Shown here piece by piece: positions 26,728 to 38,439 of a DNA stretch of 64,000 bases. How positions within the stretch are numbered: the stretch's first letter is position 1; every line of letters begins with the position of its first letter. Origin of the DNA: Octopus sinensis. Its lineage: Eukaryota. Position numbers and translations under genes: made by a program. The stretch is taken from the NCBI RefSeq assembly GCF_006345805.1, contig NC_043016.1:19096001-19160000 (forward strand), read 5' to 3'. The notes under the pieces were generated by a model. The model did no database searches. It was not told the DNA's origin and saw nothing but the letters and a program-made list of their open reading frames with translations.

Positions 26728-27284
26728 ATGCCCTGATGCAATACCAGACAGTGGCTCTCGTGACTTCTGATCTTAACTGATTGGAAGTGTTATCATGTAC
26801 ATTGTTTTGTCTTGGTATAAAAGATGGGCTACAGCAAATATTCTGCTCAATACCACAGATTTGCTTGTCAGTTGTTTGACGATAACCAGTTGAGCAAAGT
26901 CCCTTAGTGGCTGACAATATGTGCATCTCTGATCACAAGCAGAAGTAGTGGGGGAGCATCATAGCCGTGCGTTGAAAGGAATTCTTAGTGGCTTGGATAA
27001 TTCACTTTTGGAAACAGGGGTGGTTCGTTCAACATCCTTAAACAATCCTTATTCAAGCACCTTTTGAGTGGGATGGGCTATTCGACAAGAAGAAAATTCT
27101 AACTGGGCCCCACCTGCAAGGTCATGTGCTGTTTATCTTGATATGAGATCACCATGTCGCGCACATATGGTTGTGATGCATGTGCCTGGTGCACCCTTAT
27201 CAGACGGGTAGTCATGATGGGTATATTGGGTTTCGTATATTTTACCCCAGTGTCACTTTGATGGCATGCACTGCTCTCTCACTC
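26728..27284 (+). mobile_element. 557-bp element copy 5 (full length)
   Basis: Same termini as copy 3, with (AAT)n on both sides. Confidence 0.9.
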
Positions 27285-27294
27285 AATAATAATA

Positions 27295-27352
<58 letters not shown>

Positions 27353-27368
27353 TATAATAATGATGATG

Positions 27369-27412
<44 letters not shown>

Positions 27413-27616
27413 TATAATAATGATGAATGATAATAATAATAATAATAATAATAATAATATAATAATAATAATAATAATATAATTATAATAATGATGATAA
27501 TAATAATAATAATAATAATATAATAATAATAATAATGATGATGATAATAATAATAATAATATAATAATAATAATAATTATAATAATGATGATGATAATAA
27601 TAATAATAATAATAAT

Positions 27617-27660
<44 letters not shown>

Positions 27661-27750
27661 TGATAATAATAATAATAATAATAATAATAATTATAAAATG
27701 ATGATGATAATAATAATAATAATAATATAATAATTATAATAATGATGATG

Positions 27751-27787
<37 letters not shown>

Positions 27788-27882
27788 CAACAATAATAAT
27801 AATAATAATATTATAATAATGATGATGATAATAATAATAATAATAATAATAATTATAATAATGATGATGATAATAATAATAA

Positions 27883-27913
<31 letters not shown>

Positions 27914-27932
27914 AAGAAGAAGAAGAAGAAGA

Positions 27933-27968
<36 letters not shown>

Positions 27969-27971
27969 GTT

Positions 27972-28005
<34 letters not shown>
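27285..28005. repeat. ~720-bp compound (AAT)/(GAT)/(GAA)n array
   Basis: Direct reading. Confidence 0.95.
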
Positions 28006-28006
<1 letters not shown>

Positions 28007-28405
28007 ATAGACAGATTATCTAACATTGGGAAAAGAGTAAATTTGTCGATTATATCGACTATAGAATTTGAGTATTTATGCACTTCCGGACGATGACAGG
28101 CAAAACTCAGTTTGGCTAATGTTGAACTAAAGTTGTAAAAGTCAAGAACTCAATACATGAACTTATTAAATCTGACTCTCTTCCGTCTCTGCCTCTGTAA
28201 TTTACTATACCAGCTTAATAATAGGATTCCCATTTCAATCTTTTCGCGAATTTCGCACAGAGAATGTAATTCAGCCTTTTTTTTCTCTTCATAATCCAGA
28301 TGAGTTTTTTTGCAGATCAGACCATAATATCCTCGATACTAGAAATATTCATTACCCAGTTTCATGATAACGAATTCTCTAAATGATGCTGCAGCTTCTG
28401 CTGCA

Positions 28406-28459
<54 letters not shown>

Positions 28460-28719
28460 ACTGATGATGATGATGATGATGATGATGATCAATATTGTCA
28501 TAATTATCATCTGTAATAGCAGCAGCAGTAAGATTGTCATCATCATGAACGTCATCGTTTCCAGCATAGGTGTCACTTAGATTGACCAACATCGCTGCCT
28601 TCCTTCCTTATCACCATCAGCGTCATCATCACTTCCAACAGCGCTTTAACCAATCTACGCAATTTTACGATTATCCTTTCTCATTTGTCATACCATAACC
28701 CTTTCACTTACGCATCTTT

Positions 28720-28781
<62 letters not shown>

Positions 28782-29409
28782 GCTTGACTTAATTACTTTT
28801 TCATTTAATTCTTCTTATTCTTTTTTCTGTTTTGTCACTTCCTCTACAATACTTTCTCTCTGTTTTCCTTTTCTCACCAAACCACTTCCTTTTCCACAAT
28901 TCCGCCTTAACACTTTCCGGCCTTTAGCTTTCTTTCACTGCAAAAACCTCACTTCCGTCATTCCACTCTTGAATCCTTGATGACAAATGGAAGTGGGATC
29001 CGACAGAAGCCGTACGTTTTGCTCACTCCCCCTTCCTTTTTTCCGTCACCGTAAATTTGCCTGACAATACCCTATTACTACTTCGTGACCTGAAAAGATC
29101 CTGAGGCATTAACATGATAAGCATGCCCATAAATACTTTATGGGTTACCCACACGACTGTACAACTCCATCTAATGGTGAAAACTGACAGAATGAATTTA
29201 ACACGTACTAATGAAAAAATGAATAAATAAATATATATTAAACGTTTATGTGTGTGCATGTACGCACACGCACACTTACAGACACTCACATAACACACAC
29301 ATGTATTGTTAGATACATTGACAGACATACCAGATAGACGAAGATTCAAATAAACATAAACAAATAGATAGACAGATAGCTACATATATATATGTGTGTG
29401 TGTGTGTAT

Positions 29410-30095
29410 AAATTTGAAATTAAATATAGGATAAAAATCTATATAAGAATTTATCAAGTAGTCGGCGTGAAAACCATATAAGGGAAAATTTATAATTATT
29501 CCCTTTAAATACATTTATTATATTAAGGGCATTACTACACGTAAATGCCTCGCACTACGAGGGACTCTTAAAGTCAAAATTACCATAGTACATATACAGT
29601 GTACCGACAGCGAGGGAATGCAACTTGGAATCCGTCTCTTAAAAACAGATTCAGCCGCAAATCATATGAGTTCATAGTTAGTGTGCATAATCCACTTATA
29701 GCGTAAGGCATTTACATGTAGTAATGCCCTTAATATAATAAATGTATTTAAAGGGAATAATTATAAATTTTCCCTTATATGGTTTTTCACGCTGACTACT
29801 TGATAAATTCTTATGTAGACATTATCCTATATTTAATTTTAAATTTAAGCGAAATATATTCAGTGCTGAATTATTCCGAATATGCGCATGTACCGAGAAG
29901 TAATTTGAAAAGCCCGCCTCTTACATAGAAATATAAGTATGAACATTTAAATGTGCTATGTTGGATACATTTGGTTTTCGTCTGGTATGTTGAATTTTGT
30001 TCATTTTTATGTGTCTTGATTATGTCTGCATTGACGACTAGAAAGTGGATTATGTACACTAACTATGGACTCATATGATTTGCGGCTGAATCTGT

Positions 30096-30135
<40 letters not shown>

Positions 30136-30267
30136 ATACATATATATATATTTGTATGTGTTTATTTCTGTTGCATTTCCTCGATGTCGATACACTGTAT
30201 ATTTATTGTGGTAGTTTTGACTTTAATAGTCCCTCATAGCGTGAGGCATTTGCGTGTAGTAATCCCC

Positions 30268-30273
<6 letters not shown>
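29410..30273. mobile_element. Nested inverted-repeat (fold-back) element
   Basis: Inverted repeat pairs 29410-29550/29706-29846, 29644-29697/30043-30096 and 29523-29587/30209-30273. Confidence 0.85.
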
Positions 30274-30308
<35 letters not shown>

Positions 30309-30628
30309 TACATATATACATACGTACGTGCGTACGTATGTACGTACGTACGTACGAACATACATACATACATACATACATACATACATACATACATACA
30401 TACATACATACATACATACATACATACATACATACATACATACATACATACATACATACATACATAACTACCTATATTATGTACGTATTTAGGTTGACAT
30501 GTTAGGATACTGTGAGAACTCAGTTATGCTGAGTATATACTTTTCTGTGAAAAGCAAGAAACTCTGCGGACCGTGAAGCGGACGAGGTCTGTGTTGGCCC
30601 TGTTGCTAATTATGTGTTTGTGTATGCA

Positions 30629-30697
<69 letters not shown>

Positions 30698-30705
<8 letters not shown>

Positions 30706-30830
30706 TCCTTTCTGTTGAAGACCGTAGACTCGAAACGTAAAAGACTCTCTCACTTTCCCGAGCATTAAACTAATACATCTGCTTGTTGTTTATACACCTG
30801 ACTTCGTCTTTTGCTTTTCTATAAATGTTA
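30698..30830 (+). mobile_element. Short PLE-derived repeat with a hammerhead-like core at 30708-30743
   Basis: cttt CTGTTGA A GACC GTAG ACTC GAA ACGT A aaag. Confidence 0.55.
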
Positions 30831-30889
30831 ATTATACATATATATATATATATATATATACAGTGAGAGAGAGAGACCTTCAATATTTT

Positions 30890-31140
30890 GACCGATTTTG
30901 TATGGCGACTTAAGGAAGATAAAGTTAAGTATACCATAACTTGGTCCATCGTAAGCTATTCAAAACCATGTAATAGCATTTCCAGGATATGCTGACTAGC
31001 CCGAGGAATCCCTGTCTATTCTGTGGACCAATGAGAAGGTCATTAATAGAATTTCGGAAAGACTCTCATGATGCTTACATGCATATACATGTACTTTCGT
31101 ACAATTTAGGGAGAATGAATTTGAGCACCTGTTAACGTAA
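30890..31140 (+). mobile_element. Naiad-type PLE GIY-YIG C-terminal fragment
   Basis: VWRLKEDKVKYTITWSIV..RIC*L..EESLSIL..INRISERLS*CLH parallels IWELK..YNLNW..CLLC..E..CRH of the element at 62.7 kb. Confidence 0.7.
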
Positions 31141-31616
31141 TTCATTTTAAGATATGGATGAATTAAGTTTAGCTTTAACTTCCCCATTCTTATAAACATC
31201 AACACGTGTGCATATGCTTACATCTTCGTGGGTGTTTGTACGAGCGACTGTACATGCGGCATACAACCTACGCGAGGGCGTTTATAGATCTATACTCGTT
31301 GACTGTCATTTTTGATACTTTTGTTGCTGTATTGCGTGTTCATTTCTTTTCTTTTTGGCATTTGTTATTTTATTCCTCATCTTCTATATAAATGAAGTTA
31401 TATCTTTTAATTTGCTGCTTTTTTGTTTTTTACAGGAAATGAGAAGATATTTTGCGGAACTGTTATATTGAAAAGTTATATCTATTTATCACCCGAAGAG
31501 ACACATCTACACCATAGGTTGCTCCTAAACCAGTTGTTAAGTATTCCACCCATAAGATATAGATGCTAGACGGGTCGAAACAATTCTGATGATTAATAAA
31601 AATTCTCGTATCTTCC

Positions 31617-31762
31617 ATTCTCTTTTCTACAGCTGAGAGAACTGGATCAACGTGAAATAAAGTGTCTTGCTCAAGAACATAACACACAGCTTGGTCCGGC
31701 GGGATTCGAACGCCCAACCTCACAGTCGTAAGTTCGACGCTCTATCCACTGAGCCATGCACC
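31617..31762 (-). mobile_element. tRNA-derived SINE (head plus central domain)
   Basis: Minus strand GGTGCATGGCTCAGTGGATAGAGCG...GTTCGAATCCCG, followed by TTGAGCAAGACACTTTATTTCACG. Confidence 0.8.
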
Positions 31763-31764
31763 TT

Positions 31765-31801
<37 letters not shown>

Positions 31802-31809
31802 ATCCAAAC

Positions 31810-32030
31810 AAGAAAACACAGAAAAAAACACAGCAACGCGAGGACGTGGAACAATTAAAGTATTATTTGACGCTCAGGAAAGAAGGGAAGGAGGGTTTAA
31901 CGTTTCGAGGGGAGCTCTTCGTCGGAAACAAGGAGAAGGAAAGATCCCGAGAAGGGAAGACAGAGGAAAAAATATTTTTGCTGGTGGTGCTCAAGAGATC
32001 ACATGTTGAAAGAACAGAAGTTGAGAAGTA
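31810..32030 (-). mobile_element. Short PLE-derived repeat with a hammerhead-like core at 31895-31929
   Basis: Minus strand gttt CCGACGA A GAG CTCCC CTC GAA ACGT T aaac. Confidence 0.6.
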
Positions 32031-32389
32031 GACGAATCATGATTTTTAAAAACAAGAGAGTTTCAAAGACAAGGAATGTGTGTGGGTGCGTGTGTGTGTG
32101 TGTGTGCAAGGATGACAAGTGTGTTTGTGCGTGCGTGCGTGTGTGTGTGTACGTATGGTGAATAATAGGCATGGCAAGCTAGCTGTCATAAAGGAGTGGC
32201 ACTTGTTTGTATCCAGCCAGGTCAAAACCAGGTCAAAAAACAAAGGGGTATATGTGTGTGCGTGTAAGTATATGTATCATGTGTGTGTATTGTTTGTAGT
32301 GTGTGTGTGTGTGTGTTCGTGTGTGTATGCGTAGAGTTTGGGTGTGTGGCGAGTAACTGTGCTTAACCTAGTGTATGTGTGCGTGTGTG

Positions 32390-32553
32390 CTTGTACGTGC
32401 GTGTGTGCTTGTACGTGCGTGTGTGCTTGTACGTGCGTGTGTGCTTGTACGTGCGTGTGTGCTTGTACGTGCGTGTGTGCTTGTACGTGCGTGTGTGCTT
32501 GTACGTGCGTGTGTGCTTGTACGTGCGTGTGTGCTTGTACGTGCGTGTGTGTG
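32390..32553. repeat. 18-bp minisatellite (GTGCGTGTGTGCTTGTAC) x~9
   Basis: Direct reading. Confidence 0.95.
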
Positions 32554-32599
32554 TGTAGGGATGTATGTGTGGGTATATATATGTATATATATATATATA

Positions 32600-32775
32600 T
32601 ATCTTCTTTTATTCTTTTATTTCTTTCAGTCATTTGATTGCAGCCATGCTGGAGCACCACCCTTAGTCGAACAAATCACCCTAGGACTTATTCTTTGTAA
32701 GTCTAATACTTATTCGATCGGTCTCTTTTGAACCGGGAACCATGTAGTTGGTAAGCAAGCTACTTACCACATAGC
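32600..32775 (-). mobile_element. Composite SINE, minus strand, internally shortened
   Basis: Reverse complement of the tail, then the head, of the 487-934 family. Confidence 0.75.
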
Positions 32776-32804
32776 CACAAATTAATGCGTGTGTTTGTGT
32801 GTGT

Positions 32805-32849
<45 letters not shown>

Positions 32850-32969
32850 TGTAAAAATGCCGAATTAGATTCTTCCTTTAAATTGAAGGTTTCCAAAACA
32901 AGTTTCTAATATAGATTCTTCATATTTTGCTGGTAGATTACTGGCGTAAAATTGCGAATATGAAAATAT

Positions 32970-33953
32970 TACTTGTGTATGGTATGTTGTGAATTTATGG
33001 AAAGAAATCCCATAAAACTCAAAATTTTTGATAAAAATGGAGATGAGAAGATGTTAATATATATAAGAGAATTTTAATTCATGCAGACGACCGTTTTGTA
33101 CAGCGATATAAAAATGAAGCAAATTCATGGTTGAATAGAATTAAATAAATTAATTAGTTTAAATTAAATTAATTATATATCACTGTACTCTTCAGTGCAA
33201 GAAGTATAAACAAAATTTTTACAAAGGAGTTTCGAAAGGAAAAGGCAGATTAGGGTCTAGGAGATTCATATTTATCCTTATGAGAAAAAGTGATGTGTCT
33301 GAGTCTAGTTAGGTATTAATTAAAACTAACGGCTATGACGGTTATTTGAAAATATAAGTGAGAGTGGTTTTAGAGACGTTCCCTTTATAGACGAGTAAGG
33401 AGATTGGAAATTCTAACTCCAAATAAGTCTTGTAGGTAAAAGATTGTATAGAAATGTCCAATGAAGAGACATGGCTATATTTGAACTAAGATATGACCTG
33501 ACAATTAGAAACAATACTAAGTGTGGTGTATATTTTTTTTTAATTAATACATGAGAATGAAATTAAACTAGAGAAGATAGTGTATTAAAAGCTACTGGAT
33601 TGTTAACGTAAACAAGTCTTATAGAAGTATAAAAACGAATTAAAGACAGAATAAGATGCGTAAAATGGACTAATGTTTGCATAAGAACTAACATTCATTA
33701 GTATGTGTTAAATATAAGATAGAAAATAGATAAAAAGAAAAAAATTAGTGATATATAATGTGATATAAAAACAGTGATATATAATCAATTTAATTCAACA
33801 GTGAATTTGCATGATTTTTATATCACTGTACGAAACTATCGTCTACATGAATTAAAATTCTTTTATATATTTTAACATGTCGTCACCATTTTGTCACCAA
33901 TTGTTGAGTTTTAAGGGATTTCTTTCCATAAATTCACAGCACACCATATACAA

Positions 33954-33956
<3 letters not shown>
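32970..33956. mobile_element. ~990-bp non-autonomous element with ~200-bp imperfect TIRs
   Basis: Left arm from 32970 (TACTTGTGTATGG..TTTATGGAAAGAAATCCC..GAATTTTAATTCATGCAGACG) is complementary to the right arm ending at 33956. Confidence 0.8.
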
Positions 33957-34009
<53 letters not shown>

Positions 34010-34916
34010 CATACAGATAGATTCATGCATACATACAACTACACATATAATGAGGGGAGAGAGATACACAGAAACAAACACGGGTGTATTAAATATTGGT
34101 TTCAAACTTTAGGCATAATGCCAACAATTTCGTGGAGGGTGTTGGTTGATTATATCGAATCAGTGCTCAACTGGTACTCATTTTATCCACCTCGAAAGGA
34201 TGAAAAGTAATGTCAGCATTAAATGTTAGTCACGAACTTTTGTAATTGTCATCTCGACCTCTAGAGGACGTATCCTACTTAACAAATGTCAATTAAAACC
34301 AGCTCCGTATGAGAAGGGGAGATAATCTTCACAATCAAGAATTCTCCAAACATTATGTCATAAAAGAAAACGACAGGTTTATTGTTTGGATATAACAAGA
34401 CTGTTGTGGTACATATTTTTTCTTCCATAGGCGTCATCGCCACAATTGCCCACCATTATCTCTACCAGCGAAAGTATTTAGAATAATACAAAAACATTTA
34501 GAAACCATTTATAACTCATGTAATCTGCACAAGTTAAGGAAGATTTAGCTAAGGGAAATCATTCAGAGTGACCACTGGTATGTATTTGAATAACATAAGC
34601 ATATATAGGAAATATATTTAATACCTTACAACATAAATGTTTTCTTAAAATTACCTCCGACTCTAGAGGGTGGATTATTATTATCAAATGGCAAGCAATT
34701 AAAAGCAGCTCCACTTGAGAAGAGATAATTTCAAGAATCAAATTTCTCCAAAACTGATATGCCATTAAGTTTAAGAACATGCTTATTATCTGGAGATGAG
34801 AGTACGGTCGTGGAGACATGTTTCTGCCTCAATAGGAGTCACCAGCATGTACTGATGTTTTTTAATAGCATTTCATTGAACCTTTAAAACAAATGTATTA
34901 TGATTAATAAATCTAG

Positions 34917-35148
34917 TTAATTAACACACTCACTACTTCGATCTCCACTCATTTATTTTTTCTTCTTGAATTTTTTCGTTGCTTCTTGCAACCTTCTCGA
35001 TAGCTGTTGACCTACAAGAAACACTTCTAGGGAAATACCTGCAACAAACACTTCTAGAACAACTATTGAGAAGGTTACAAGAATCAACGTAAATTCTAGA
35101 AAAAAAAAATAAATGAACGGAAATCGAACCGATGAGTGTGCTAATTAA
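34917..35148. mobile_element. ~230-bp MITE-like fold-back
   Basis: Arms 34917-35008 and 35058-35148 are imperfect reverse complements. Confidence 0.75.
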
Positions 35149-37439
35149 TAAGGCATTAAAACAGAATGACTCTCCCCAGACACAATAAAATTTACTTCAA
35201 CACACGAATTCACATAAAGAATCTTGCACTCCAGATACAAAATTTAGTTAATATTTCGATATAACCTACAGAGAATGCTAAATAAAAATATATTTGACAA
35301 AAGTTGTTTCAAATAACTATTAAGATTTCGATGTGTGTGTGTGTGTACGCGCGTGTGTGTGTGTACGCGCGTGTGTGTGTGTTTGTGTGTGTGTGTGCGT
35401 ATATGTGTGTGTATATGTGTGTGTGTGTGATTAACTATATATTTCTTTTTAAGGTTACACGCTTCAAGACAAAATTCAGAGAACGTACTCCGCATTATAA
35501 TTTAGATTTTTAATAAATCTAGAGGGACAAATATGTGTAATATGGGGACAAAAAAAAATACGAGAAAAGTCTGTTCCTTCGAGAGATTAAATAACAAAAT
35601 ATTTTTTTAAATGTAATCGCGAATTTAGACATTATAAGAAATAAAGACACTACAAACTAGGAGAATCATTTCTGAAGAAAAAATTAAAATAATAGACAAA
35701 TTAAAATAATTAGAAAAACATTGATTAGAAAGGAGACACCTAAGTATATAAAAGGTACTTAATCGATAATTTATAAAGAGACTTGTTAGTCTTTGATTTT
35801 CGTATTTACTTCTCTATAGACTTTATCACTGCACGCTTGTGATTTGCCCTGATTTTCTTTTGTGCAGGAAGCACTAGGTAAAAGCCTTTCCATCAAAGAT
35901 TCAGTTTAACATAAATAACATTATTACTGGCATAATTATTTGGTTTTTCTAAAGGTACAGGACTGTAGTTTATATTACTATCATTGAGTTGCTATATATG
36001 ATTAGTTAGTGCCGTTACATTTCTTCTTTCTAGATTTCAGAAAGAGTATTTATGCTAATGACATCTCCTTTGTATCATTTTATAGCCAGTCCAATATATG
36101 TTTTATAAAATGTTGGTAATTTTCAGACTATACCCTTAGCTAAGTAAACCAAGTTAAGAGAGCAATTACTAATGATGTTTTAATCCTATTAACGTTGATC
36201 AAGATAGATTGGAAACAAATAAATTACAATAATCTCAGGTCATATTGATCAAGATAGATTTGAAACAACTAAATTACAATAGTCTCAGGTTATACCGTAT
36301 CAATAAATATATTCATGCCATGTTAATAAAATCTCAGGTGATCCGCACAATATGTTTCTCAGCAAAACACTTTAGAAGATACACGAATAATTTTAAAGTT
36401 TTATTATTTTATTTGAACCCTGAAGTCATTAGCTACATATTCAATAAATATAAGCATTAAGTTGCTTGCAACACATTGGTTTTGATAAGTACTGTAGTTT
36501 TACCAATATATGACATTCCCTTAGATTTTTAATTATTCTCTAGATTATCTGAATATAATGAAAAAAAAAAGCAGAATATCTACATTGATTCTCTATTGTG
36601 GTCTTTGGTTTTTTTACCAACTCAATGGAGTGAATATCAAGAGAATTCACAATATTGATAATTAGTAATCATTTTCCTGAAGATTTCTTTATAAACCAGA
36701 ACAGTCGATTTATTGATGAATAAAGTTTTTGATATTTTTGTTCTCAAGTTTTATCTACTTCCACGTGTAATAATGTATATTTATTATACTCATTTATTTA
36801 TATATTTATTCATTGTCACTTTTTACTTCACGTACATACCATGTGGTCTTTGGGGAAGGTTTTAATTTCTTCATCCACAGCCTAATGGAGTGAAACATTC
36901 TTTAAGATATGTTTTTAGTTGTCCTAGTTTACAGAGATTGATGATTCTCTTCCTCTTGTGGTTTCTTGATTGAGTATACAGGCAAAAGTTTATATATCAA
37001 GTAGACTAAATAATTTTTACTAATTTAGCAAATTTACCATTTTCAGATAATTCATTTAGATTATCTTGACTCTTATAGGAGTAGAAAATCACAATGCTTT
37101 GAAGTATTATTCTCTTTTTTTTTAATGCTAATATCTCGTTAGCTTTTAACAAGTATTACTTTATCGAAAAATCATTTTCACACTAATTATTTTTAATGCA
37201 AGATGAAAAATATAAGCATACAAATGTGATGTTAGATCAAATATTATCAAATGAAGTGGAAAACAATTTTAAGTTATGACTTGAGAAAGTTTTCTGAATT
37301 CATTTTAAAGCAACCTTTAAAAATGTATACTTTCAAGATCAACGTCGGAAGTTCAACTCGTTCTCTAAATCTAATTAAAAACAACTTGAAAAGAACATGA
37401 AATGAATTTTAGAATTTTTCAGAATTTTACCATTTTGGG

Positions 37440-37800
37440 TAATATTGGCTTCAAATTTTGACACAAGACCAGAAGTTTCGTGGAGGTTGTTAAGACGATA
37501 ACACGACCTTAGTGCTCAAATGGTGCTTATTTTATCGAGGACAACATCAAAAATCGACCCCGATAGCTTTTTAATTTAGAACGTAAAGTAAGGCGGCGAG
37601 CTGGTAGAAACGTTAGCACGCTGGACGAAATGCTTAACGGTGTTTCGTCAGTCTTTATGTTCTGAGCTCAAATTCCGCCGAGGTCGACTTTGCTTTTCAT
37701 CCTTTCGGGGTCGGAAAATTAAGTAACAGTTGCGTACTGGAGTCTAATCGACTGGCCCTACTCTCCAAAAATTTCGGGCCTTGTGCCAAGAGTAGCAAAA
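37440..37800. mobile_element. Two head-to-head CORE-like SINEs (minus 37440-37590, plus 37591-37800)
   Basis: Similarity to 8792-9024. Confidence 0.75.
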
Positions 37801-38069
37801 GAATTTAGAACGTAAAGTCAGAACGTAAATTCTGACAGCTTACCACCTTCATTCCGTGTAATATTACAATTGACATGAAAAGAATGCATGTGAGTAATAG
37901 TGTATCTATTGAATTCATCTATCTACATCTATGTGCGCGTGTGTGTGTGTGTGTAAATGAGTACCAACCGACTACAGATGCATCCCAATATCCCTTTGAC
38001 TTAAAATAACATACGCGCACACACAAACAAACATATATACATACATACACGTCATATTTCTAGGGAAGA

Positions 38070-38290
38070 TATTACACATGTGATTAGCATCTGCTCCAAG
38101 ATGTCATCACCGTACTATCTCAAAAAGCGGCATGACATGATAGCTAGAACAATATACAATGCAATTCGAGTGCCAATCTATCCTACAATTAACACACAGA
38201 ATCCGCCTGTCACTGAATGCATATACAAGTATCACAAAGTATATTAGTGGAACATTCCTATCAAAACGTCTACCAGGATTGTAATATCCT
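38070..38290 (+). mobile_element. REL-LINE fragment (zinc finger to nuclease linker)
   Basis: ITHVISICSKMSSPYYLKKRHDMIARTIYN ... WNIPIKTST. Confidence 0.55.
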
Positions 38291-38439
38291 CATAGGTAAA
38301 CGAATACACTGCAACAGTGTAATAACAATAAAATCGAAACAAACAGCAGTAACCACGCGGAACATAACAACAATCTTTTAAGAACCAACAATCCAACATG
38401 CTAACTCGAACTATAAACTTTGAACGATCAACACACAAA

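Noticed and set aside
26728-26850. HDV-like ribozyme at the 5' end of the 557-bp element
   Set aside because: I could not find a P1 partner or nested pseudoknot by eye. It would need an RNAMotif/Infernal search.
30996-31031. Minus-strand peptide LVHRIDRDSSG resembling the RluA/RPUSD pseudouridine synthase motif HRLDRDTSG
   Set aside because: A stop codon follows immediately, there is no splice donor, and the opposite strand is colinear with a Naiad GIY-YIG C-terminus. It is a coincidental antisense match.
31690-31762. Possible tRNA gene
   Set aside because: It has A/B boxes but no complete acceptor stem, and it runs into a SINE body also seen at 60590-60676.
36196-36295. 50-bp tandem duplication (also 22-bp at ~46222 and 19-bp at ~42748)
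   Set aside because: Ordinary local slippage duplications with no further structure.
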